Source of the DNA: Amphiscolops sp. MND2022
Taxonomy: Eukaryota
Direction: 5' to 3'
NCBI GenBank assembly: GCA_964187785.1
Contig: OZ076409.1
Location: 59,584,001-59,648,000, forward strand
DNA length: 64,000 nt
How positions within the stretch are numbered: the stretch's first letter is position 1; every line of letters starts with the position of its first letter. Positions 24,387 to 35,951 of this stretch are shown piece by piece. The notes beneath the pieces were generated by a model. The model saw nothing but the letters and a program-made list of their open reading frames with translations, had not been told where the DNA came from and did no database searches. Made by a program: the position numbers and the translations under genes.

Positions 24387-27300
24387 ATCTTTGTATCCGG
24401 CTTGAACATCTGAGCGTATAACAGTGGTTCCAGACTATAGAAAAAAGCTTGAATTCTTGAGCTGATGACGGATGCACCTGTTGCAAGTCGGACAAGATTG
24501 TGCTCTCTTTGTGTTTCTATTAAGAATTTATTTTTCTACTAACAGCGTCGATGATGACAACGTCAGTAAACTATTGCTTTAATGCTGTCCCTGAACAGCA
24601 GGAGATTTTATATTAGCTGGTCCATCGAACTTCCTTCGCTGATAGTTGTTGCTTCTATGAAGCAAAATTTAATTGTTTATAACGTCTTGCCAATCATTAA
24701 AATTGGTAATTTTACTGAGAGATCCTCGAGTAAGAAGGTTTGAAGAATTGTTTGACAGTTGATGACTTCATCGTTGAAGCTAATCCGTGGTACCAAAAAG
24801 AGGCTGCGAACAAACATTATTTTAGATTTGTAATGGATAGAATCAAATTTTCGGCACAATGATTTTGCGCCAATTTAGAAAACAATGTAATTAGTAATGA
24901 GGGGTGCGTGCCAAATGATAAGAAACAAGAAAAATAGCAACGAACTAACAATTTTTGATAAAGGCCGAATTGGCACGACAAACCTGCAGAACAGTCCCAG
25001 AGACAAGAGTGTGACAATTGTCCAGAGCCTTATTCCAGTGAAAATTGAACAATCAATCCAACCAATAACTTCTCCTTTTATTAGGTTGATCACAACAATT
25101 AGGCTCTCATCGAGGTCTAAGGAATAAGATCTGAATAAATTTCGTAACTAAGATCTGAATTCATGCACAATAACCAACCTCTAAAATGAGGAAGAATAAC
25201 GTTTAAAGAATAGTGTTGGGTCATATACGGCGTATGCACGCTCGGCATCACTGTCGCAAAGACCAGCTCCCACTACGATCGCGTCCCGATCTTCTCCAAT
25301 CTCGCTATGTCTTTGCTCCTGTAGGACCTCGCTACGCAAGATAAGCGGCTCCCAGGGACATAAGCGACATATCCAAGAAACGTTTGATACTTCAAATCTT
25401 CCAAATTGGGAATACCATCTGAAATTTAGACCCTAGTTACTATTCAGGAGCTGGCAGTCTCTGAATCTTAGTTGGATTCAGACCTTAGTTCTAAGATTGT
25501 TACAGAAGTGCGTTTCCATCTTATCCCTTGTATCACAGTTTGTACCCATTATCCAGGAAAAGTAACGGGAAGTCGAAAAAAAGGTTATTGACAAAATGTG
25601 TATAGATCGGAGCTCAAAGAAGCAAAAGTACCCGACACGTGATGCGACATTTTTGAATGTTGCTGGTAGAGACAGTTCACGACACGTGATACTGTCTTTT
25701 AGCGGGACAAGAGCTGATCCCATTCAAAACTGTACTATCAATCGAATGAGAATTCAAAACACCTGAGTCATAAATGTTCCGAAAAAAGTTCCTGAAAAAT
25801 CAAAGCAACTTTGCGTTGAGACCAAACGCTTGGAAGAAATCAAAAGTCGTCTGTACTCTATACATTAGCTCGGGGCAACTTATCCAAAATGCGTTGCACA
25901 CAGAGCTCGTCTGACCAATGACACCACGAAATGCATACTCGTTGAGGACCCAGTTTCTCGATTCGGTGGAAGCAACCGGACAAAACTGTCATTCTCAATA
26001 TCATACTGACGTTTCGTAAATTAGGAGAGGTCCATCAAATTACTCAACTAGACTTTGAATGAAATTTGACGGTAATGTAATAGTTGTCACTCAGCCAGTT
26101 TTTTTTATTGTTCCTCCCGATCACCCAGATAACAGCATACTGCTGTACTCGCTCGTGCCGCTTGACTCCACCGACACTGACAAACCAAAAGGTGAGCCAT
26201 AGCTCAAACAACGAGGTGAGTCATAACTCAAATAGATCTTTGTATATGGCTTGAACCTCTGAGCGAATAACAGTGGTTCCAGACTATAGATAGGAGCTTG
26301 AATTTTAGAGCTACCGGCGGATGCACCTGTTGCAAGTCGGATATGATTGTGCTGTCTTTGCGTTTCTAATGAAAAATTATTTTTCCAAGAGCGTCGATGA
26401 TGACAACGACAGTAAAATACTGCTTTAATTCTGTTCCTGAACAGCAGGAGATTTTATATCAGCTGGTCCATCGAACTTCGCTGATAGTTGTTGCTTCTAT
26501 GGGGCAAAATTTAATTGTTTATAACGTCTTCCCAAATAATAAGATTTTTAATTTTACTGAGAGATCCTCGAGTAAGAAGTTTTGAAGAATTGTATGACAG
26601 TTGATGGCTTTATCGTTCAAGCTAATCCCAGGTACCAAAAAACGCCTGCGAACAAATTTTTTTTGTTTTGTGATTGATAGAATCAAGAGTTTGGCACAAT
26701 GATTTAGCGCTAAAAAAGAACACCATGTAATTAGTAAGGAGGGGTGCCTGCCAAATGATAAGAAACAAGAAAAATGGCAACGAACTAACAATTTTTGATA
26801 AAGGCCGAATTGGCATGACAAACCTGCAGAACAGTCCCAGAGACAAGAGTGTGACGATTGGCCAGACCCTCATTCCAGTGGCAGGTGAGCAATCAATCCA
26901 ATGAATAACTTCTCTATTTATTAGGTTGATTACAACAATTAGGCTGTCATCGAGGTCTAAGGAATAAGATCTAAATAAATTTCGTAAGTAAGATCTAAAA
27001 GTCATGCACCGTAACCAACGTCTAGAAGGAAAAGAATAAACGTTTAAAGAATTGTGTTGGGTCATATACGGTGTATGCACACTCGCCATCACTGTCGCAA
27101 AGACCAGCTCCCACTACGATCGCGTCCCGATCTCCAATCCCGCTATGCTTTTGCTCCTATCGCACCTCGCTAAGCAAGATAAGCGGCCCCCAGGGACATA
27201 AGCGACATATCCAAGAAGCGTTTGATACTTCAAGTCTTCCAAATCGGGAACACCATCTGAACTTTAGACCATAGTTACTATTCAGGAGCTGGCAGTCGTT

Positions 27301-30300
27301 GAATCTTAGTTGCATTCAGACCTTAGTTCTAAGATTAGTTACAGAAGTGCGATTCCATCTTATCCCTTGGATCACAGTTTGTACCCATTATCCAGGAAAA
27401 GTAACGGGAAGTCGATAAAAAGGTTATTGACAAAATCTGTATAGATCGGAGCTCAAAGAAGCAAAAGTACCCGACACGTGATGCTACATTTTTGAATGTT
27501 GCTGGTAGAGACAATACACGACACGTGATACTGTCTTTCAGCGGGACAAGAGCTGATCCCATTCAAAACTGTACTATCAATCAAATGAGAATTCAAAACA
27601 CCTGAGTCATAAATGTTCCGAAAAAAGTTCCTGAAAAATCGAAGCAATTTTGCCTTGAGACCAATCGCCTGGAAGAAATCAAAAGTCGTCTGCACTCTAT
27701 ACATTAGCTCGGGGCAACTTATCCAAAATGCGTTGCACGCAGAGCTCGTCTGACCAATGACACCACGAAATGCATACTCGTTGAGGACCCAGTTTCTCGA
27801 TTCGGTGGAAGCAACCGGACAAAACTGTCATTCTCAATATCATACTGACGTTTCGTAAATTAGGAGAGGTCCATCAAATCACTCAACTAGACTTTGAATG
27901 AAATTTGACGGTAATGTAATAGTTGTCACTCAGCCAGTTTTGTTATTGTTTTTCTTCTGATCACCCAGATAACAGCATACTGCTGTACTCGCTCGTGTCG
28001 CTTGACTCCACCGACACTGACAAACCAAAAGGTGAGCCATGGCTCAAGCAATGAGGTGAGTCATAGCTCAAATAGATCTTTGTATATGGCTTGAACCTCT
28101 GAGCGTATAACAGTGGTTCCAGACTATAGATAGGAGCTTGAATTTTAGAGCTACTGGCGGATGCACCTGTTGCAAGTCGGACATGGTTGTGCTGTCTTTG
28201 CGTTTCTAATGGAAAATTATTCTTCCAAGAGCGTCGATGATGACAACGACAGTAAAATACTGCTTTCATTCTGTTCCTGAACAGCAGGAGATTTTATATT
28301 AGCTGGTCCATCGAACTTCGCTGATAGTTGTTGCTTCTATGGGGCAAAATTTAATTGTTTATAACGTCTTCCCAAATATTAAAATTGTTAATTTTACTGT
28401 GAGATCCTCGAGTAAGAAGTTTTGAAGAATTGTATGACAGTTGATGGCTTTATCGTTCAAGCTAATCCCTGGTACCAAAAAACGCCTGCGAACAAATTTT
28501 TTTTGTTTTGTAATTGATATAATCAAGAGTTTGGCACAATGATTTTGCGCCAAAAAAGATCACCATGTAATTAGTAAGGAGGGATGCGTGCCAAATGTTA
28601 AGAAACAAGAAAAATGGCAACGAACTAACGATTTTTGATAAAAGCCGAATTGGCACGACAAACCTGCAGAACAGTCCCAGAGACAAGAGTGTGACGATTG
28701 GCCAGACCCTCATTCCAGTGGCAAGGGAGCAATCAATCCAATGAATAAGTTCTCTATTTATTAGGTTAATTACAGCAATTAGGCTGTCATCGAGGTCTAA
28801 GGAATAAGATCTAAATAAACTTCATAAGTAAGATCTAAAAGTCATGCACCGTAACCAACGTCTAGAAGGAAAAAAATAAACGTTTAAAGAATTGTGTTGG
28901 GTCATGTACGGTGTATGCACGCTCGCCATCACTGTCGCAAAGACCAGCTCCCACTACGATCGCGTCCCGATCTCCAATCCCGCTATGCCTTTGCTCCTAT
29001 CGCACCTCGCTAAGCAAGATAAGCGGCCCCCAGGGACATAAGCGACATATCGAAGAAACGTTTGATACTTCAAGTCTTCCAAATCGGGAACACCATCTGA
29101 ACTTTAGACCATAGTTACTATTCAGGAGCTGGCAGTCTTTGAATCTTAGTTGCATTCAGACCTTAGTTCTAAGATTAGTTACAGAAGTGCGTTTCCATCT
29201 TATCCTTGGATCACAGTTTGTTCCCATTATCCAGGAAAAGTAACGGGAAGTCGAAAAAAAGGTTATTGACAAAATCTGTATAGATCGGAGCTCAAAGAAG
29301 CAAAAGTACCCGACACGTGATGCTACATTTTTGAATGTTGCTGGTAGAGAAAGTACACGACACGTGATACTGTCTTTCAGCGGGACAAGAGTTGATCCCA
29401 TTCACAACTGTACTATCAATCAAATGAATTCAAAACAGCTGAGTCATAAATGTTCCGAAAAAAGTTCCGGAAAAATCAAAGCAACTTTGCCTTGAAACCA
29501 ATCGCCTGGAAGAAATCAAAAGTCGTCTGTACTCTATACACTTGCTCGGGGCAACTTATCCAAAATGCGTTGCACACAGAGCTCGTCTGACCAATGACAC
29601 CACGAAATGCATACTCGTTGAGAACCCAGTTTCTCGATTCGGTGCAAGCAACCGGAAAAAACTGTCATTCTCAATATCATACTGACGTTTCATAACTTAG
29701 GAGAGGTCCATCAAATCACTCAACTAGACTTTGAATGAAATTTGACGGTAATGTAATAGTTGTCACTCAGCCAGTTTTGTTATTGTTTCTCCCGATCACA
29801 CAGATAACAGCATACTGCGGTACTCGCTCGTGCCGCTTGACTCCACCGACACTGACAAACAAAAAGGTGAGCCATAGCTCAAACAACGAGGTGAGTCTTA
29901 GCTCAAATAGATCTTTGTATATGGCTTGAACCTCTGAGCGTATAACAGTGGCTCCAGACTGTAGATAGGAGCTTGAATTTTAGAGCTACTGGCGGATGCA
30001 CCTGTTGCAAGTCGGACATGATTGTGCTGTCTTTGCGTTTCTAATGAAAAATTATTCTTCCAAGAGCGTCGATGATGACAACGACAGTAAAATACTGCTT
30101 TAATTCTGTTCCTGAACAGCAGGAGATTTTATATCAGCTGGTCCATCGAACTTCGCTGATAGTTGTTGCTTCTATGGGGCAAAACTTAATTGTTTATAAC
30201 GTCTTCCCAAATAATAAAATTTTTAATTTTACTGAGAGATCCTCGAGTAAGAAGTTTTGAAGAATTGTATGACAGTTGATGGCTTTATCGTTCAAGCTAA

Positions 30301-33300
30301 TCCCTGGTACCAAAAAACGCCTGCGAACAATTTTTTTTGTTTTGTAAATGATAGAATCAAGAGTTTGGCACAATGATTTTGCGCCAAAAAAGAACACCAT
30401 GTAATTAGTAAGGAGGGGTGCGTGACAAATGATAAGAAACAAGAAAAATGGCAACGAACTAACGATTTTTGATAAAGGCCGAATTGGCACGACAAACCTG
30501 CAGAACAGTCTCAGAGACAAGAGTGTGACGATTGGCCAGACCCTCATTCCAGTGGCAAGGGAGCAATCAATCCAATGAATAAGTTCTCTATTTATTAGGT
30601 TAATTACAGCAATTAGGCTGTCATCGAGGTCTAAGGAATAAGATCTAAATAAACTTCGTAAGTAAGATCTAAAAGTCATGCACCGTAACCAACGTCTAGA
30701 AGGAAAAAAATAAACATTTAAAGAATTGTGTTGGGTCATGTACGGTGTATGCACGCTCACCATCACTGTCGCAAAGACCAGCTCCCACTACGATCGCGTC
30801 CCGATCTCCAATCCCGCTATGCCTTTGCTCCTATCGCACCTCGCTAAGCAAGATAAGCGGCCCCCAGGGACATAAGCGACATATCGAAGAAACGTTTGAT
30901 ACTTCAAGTCTTTCAAATCCGGAACACCATCTGAACTTTAGACCATAGTTACTATTCAGGAGCTGGCAGTCTTTGAATCTTAGTTGCATTCAGACCTTAG
31001 TTCTAAGATTGGTTACAGAAGTGCGTTTCCATCATATCCCTTGGATCACAGTTTGTACCCATTATCCAGGAAAAGTAACGGGAAGTCGAAAAAAAGGTTA
31101 TTGACAAAATCTGTATAGATCGGAGCTCAAAGAAGCAAAAGTACCCGACACGTGATGCTACATTTTTGAATGTTGCTGGTAGAGAAAGTACACGACACGT
31201 GATACTGTCTTTCAGCGGGACAAGAGTTGATCCCATTCACAACTGTACTATCAATCAAATGAATTCAAAACAGCTGAGTCATAAATGTTCCGAAAAAAGT
31301 TCTGGAAAAATCAAAGCAACTTTGCCTTGAGACCAATCGCCTGGAAGAAATCAAAAGTCGTCTGTACTCTATACACTAGCTCGGGGCAACTTATCCAAAA
31401 TGCGTTGCACACAGAGCTCGTCTGACCAATGACACCACGAAATGCATACTCGTTGAGGACCCAGTTTCTCGATTCGGTGCAAGCAACCGGACAAAACTGT
31501 CATTCTCAATATCATACTGACGTTTCATAAATTAGGAGAGGTCCATCAAATCACTCAACTAGACTTTGAATGAAATTTGACGGTAATGTAATAGTTGTCA
31601 CTCAGCCAGTTTTGTTATTGTTTCTCCCGATCACCCAGATAACAGCATACTGCGGTACTCGCTCGTGCCGCTTGACTCCACCGACACTGACAAACAAAAA
31701 TGTGAGCCATAGCTCAAACAACGAGGTGAGTCTTAGCTCAAATAGATCTTTGTATATGGCTTGAACCTCTGAGCGTATAACAGTGGCTCCAGACTATAGA
31801 TAGGAGCTTGAATTTTAGAGCTACTGGCGGATGCACCTGTTGCAAGTCGGACATGATTGTGCTGTCTTTGCGTTTCTAATGAAAACTTATTCTTCCAAGA
31901 GCGTCGATGATGACAACGACAGTAAAATACTGCTTTAATTCTGTTCCTGAACAGCAGGAGATTTTATATCAGCTGGTCCATCGAACTTCGCTGATAGTTG
32001 TTGCTTCTATGGGGCAAAATTTAATTGTTTATAACGTCTTTCCAAATAATAAAATTTTTAATTTTACTGAGAGATCCTCGAGTAGGAAGTTTTGAAGAAT
32101 TGTATGACAGTTGATGGCTTTATCGTTCAAGCTAATCCCTGGTACCAAAAAACGCCTGCGAACAATATTTTTTTGTTTTGTAATTGATAGAATCAAGAGT
32201 TTGGCACAATGATTTTGCGCCAAAAAAGAACACCATGTAATTAGTAAGGAGGGGTGCGTGCCAAATGATAAGAAACAAGAAAAATGGCAACGGACTAACG
32301 ATTTTTGATAAAGGCCGAATTGGCACTACAAACCTGCAGAACAGTCCCAGAGACAAGAGTGTGACGATTGGCCAGACCCTCATTCCAGTGGCAAGGGAGC
32401 AATCAATCCAATGAATAAGTTCTCTAATTATTAGGTTAATTACAGCAATTAGGCTGTCATCGAGGTCTAAGGAATAAGATCTAAATAAACTTCATAAGTA
32501 AGATCTAAAAGTCATGCACCGTAACCAACGTCTAGAAGGAAAAAAATAAACGTTTAAAGAATTGTGTTGGGTCATGTACGGTGTATGCACGCTCGCCATC
32601 ACTGTCGCAAAGACCAGCTCCCACTACGATCGCGTCCCGATCTCCAATCCCGCTATGCCTTTGCTCCTATCGCACCTCGCTAAGCAAGATAAGCGGCCCC
32701 CAGGGACATAAGCGACATATCGAAGAAACGTTTGATACTTCAAGTCTTCCAAATCGGGAACACCATCTGAACTTTAGACCATAGTTACTATTCAGGAGCT
32801 GGCAGTCTTTGAATCTTAGTTGCATTCAGACCTTAGTTCTAAGATTAGTTACAGAAGTGCGTTTCCATCTTATCCTTGGATCACAGTTTGTTCCCATTAT
32901 CCAGGAAAAGTAACGGGAAGTCGAAAAAAAGGTTATTGACAAAATTTGTATAGATCGGAGCTCAAAGAAGCAAAAGTACCCGACACGTGATGCTACATTT
33001 TTGAATGTTGCTGGTAGAGAAAGTACACGACACGTGATACTGTCTTTCAGCGGGACAAGAGTTGATCCCATTCACAACTGTACTATCAATCAAATGAATT
33101 CAAAACAGCTGAGTCGTAAATGTTCCGAAAAAAGTTCTGGAAAAATCAAAGCAACTTTGCCTTGAGACCAATCGCCTGGAAGAAATCAAAAGTCGTCTGT
33201 ACTCTATACACTAGCTCGGGGCAACTTATCCAAAATGCGTTGCACACAGAGCTCGACTGACCAATGACACCACGAAATGCATACTCGTTGAGGACCCAGT

Positions 33301-35392
33301 TTCTCGATTCGGTGCAAGCAACCGGACAAAACTGTCATTCTCAATATCATACTGACGTTTCATAACTTAGGAGAGGTCCATCAAATCACTCAACTAGACT
33401 TTGAATGAAATTTGACGGTAATGTAATAGTTGTCACTCAGCCAGTTTTGTTATTGTTTCTCCCGATCACCCAGATAACAGCATACTGCTGTACTCGCTCG
33501 TGCCGCTTCACTCCACCGACACTGACAAACCAAAAGGTGAGCCATAGCTCAAAAAACGAGGTGAGTCTTAGCTCAAATAGATCTTTGTATATGGCTTGAA
33601 CCTCTGAGCGTATAACAGTGGTTCCAGACTATAGATAGGAGCTTGAATTTTAGAGCTACTGGCGGATGCACCTGTTGCATTGCAAGTCGGACATGGTTGT
33701 GCTGTCTTTGCGTTTCTAATGGAAAATTATTCTTCCAAGAGCGTCGATGATGACAACGACAGTAAAATACTGCTTTAATTCTGTTCCTGAACAGCAGGAG
33801 ATTTTATATTAGCTGGTCCATCGAACTTCGCTGATAGTTGTTGCTTCTATTGGGCAAAATTTAATTGTTTATAACGTCTTCCCAAATATTAAAATTGTTA
33901 ATTTTACTGAGAGATCCTCGAGTAAGATGTTTTGAAGAATTGTATGACAATTGATGGCTTTATCGTTCAAGCTAATCCCTGGTACCAAAAAACGCCTGCG
34001 AACAAATTTTTTTTGTTTTGTAATTGATAGAATCAAGAGTTTGACACAATGATTTAGCGCCAAAAAAGAACACCATGTAATTAGTAAGGAGGGGTGCGTG
34101 CCAAATGATAAGAAACAAGAAAAATGGCAACGAACTAACGATTTTTGATAAAGGCCGAATTGACACGACAAACCTGCAGAACAGTCCCAGAGACAAGAGT
34201 GTGACGATTGGCCAGACCCTCATTCCAGTGGCAAGGGAGCAATCAATCCAATGAATAAGTTCTCTATTTATTAGGTTAATTACAGCAATTAGGCTGTCAT
34301 CGAGGTCTAAGGAATAAGATCTAAATAAACTTCATAAGTAAGATCTAAAAGTCATGCACCGTAACCAACGTCTAGAAGGAAAAAAATGAACGTTTAAAGA
34401 ATTGTGTTGGGTCGTGTACGGTGTATGCACGATCGCCATCACTGTCGCAAAGACCAGCTCCCACTACGATCGCGTCCCGATCTCCAATCCCGCTATGCCT
34501 TTGCTCCTATCGCACCTCGCTAAGCAAGATAAGCGGCCCCCAGGGACATAAGCGACATATCCAAGAAACGTTTGATACTTCAAGACTTCCAAATCGGGAA
34601 CACCATCTGAACTTTAGACCATAGTTACTATTCAGGAGCTGGCTGTCTCTGAATCTTAGTTGCATTCAGACCTTAGTTCTAAGATTAGTTACAGAAGTGC
34701 GTTTCCATCTTATCCCTTGGATCTCAGTTTGTAACCATTATCCAGGAAAAGTAACGGGAAGTCGAAAAAAAGGTTATTGACAAAATCTGTATAGATCGGA
34801 GCTCAAAGAAGCAAAAGTACCCGACACGTGATGCTACATTTTTGAAAGTTGCTGGTAGAGAAAGTACATGACACGTGATACTGTCTTTCAGCGGGACAAG
34901 AGTTGATCACATTCACATCTGTACTATCAACCAAATGAATTCAAAACACCTGAGTCATAAATGTTCCAAAAAAAGTTGCAGAAAAATTTGCCTTGAGGTC
35001 AATTGCTTGGAAAAAGTCAAGAGACGTCTGTACTCTATACACTAGCTCGGAGCAACCTATCCTAAATGCGTTTCACACAGAGCTCGTCTGACCAATGACA
35101 CCACGAAATGCATCGTCGTCGAGGACCCAGTTTCTCTATTCGGTGCAAGCAACCGGACAAAACTCTCATTCTCAATATCATACTGACGTTTCATAAATTA
35201 GGAGAGGGTCATCAAATCACTCAACTGGACTTTGAATGAAATTTGACAGTGATGTAATAGTTGTGACTAAGCCAGTTTTGATATGGTTTTTCCCGACCAA
35301 CCAGATGACAGCATACTGCTGTACTCACTCGTGCCGCTTGAATTCCATCGACACTGACAAACCAAAAGGTGACGCATAGCTCAAAAAACGAG
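24387..35392. repeat. Tandem array of six ~1.84-kb units
   Basis: Equivalent positions at about 25231, 27071, 28911, 30745, 32581 and 34421 (periods 1834-1840 bp); the same short ORFs recur in the ORF track; terminal copies are the most diverged. Confidence 0.97.
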
Positions 35393-35951
35393 AGAACCAT
35401 TTTATTATATACATTCTGTTTGCACTCGTGTTATCATACCAGAGTACCGCCTAACCATCATAAGGACTCATTATGACTTGTGATGTTTCTCAGCAATGTG
35501 CTTATGCTATTTTGTAGAATCTTCCAAATTGAGACACAGATTTTCGTTTTGCGAATTGTTTCACCATGTCGCTGGCAAAGAAATACTCGCAGGACTTTTC
35601 CATTAAAAGGCGGGTGCATTTATCAGCGTCGACAAATATTTTGTTTTCAAAACACCAGAGAGCAGTTTGTCAATGTCCAGCTGCAAGACTGATGCTTCAG
35701 TGGCTATGTGAGCCAATTTTGCAGCATCTGCGCATAGGAAACAAGGAGTGAACTCACAGTTGCCTGCAAAGTCGTTGATTTTTACCAAGCAAAATAGGGG
35801 ACTTATGAGCGATTCTTACTAGCTACGAGACGGGTAGTCGCGAGAGAATCACCTACTTCATCTCTAAATGTGCGTTTCGATATCTGGCTCTCCGAACGCC
35901 TAACAGTTTACAACGAACACCAAGTGTGAAGAGTTTGAACAGAAGATTACC

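Noticed and set aside
30194..30766. 190-aa hydrophobic minus-strand ORF in the array
   Set aside because: Open in only one unit, broken differently in the others, and starts inside the repeat module.
24387..35392. CRISPR-like array, or an rDNA/snRNA/histone gene cluster
   Set aside because: Whole 1.84-kb units repeat with no unique spacers; no recognisable rRNA, snRNA, tRNA or histone sequence.
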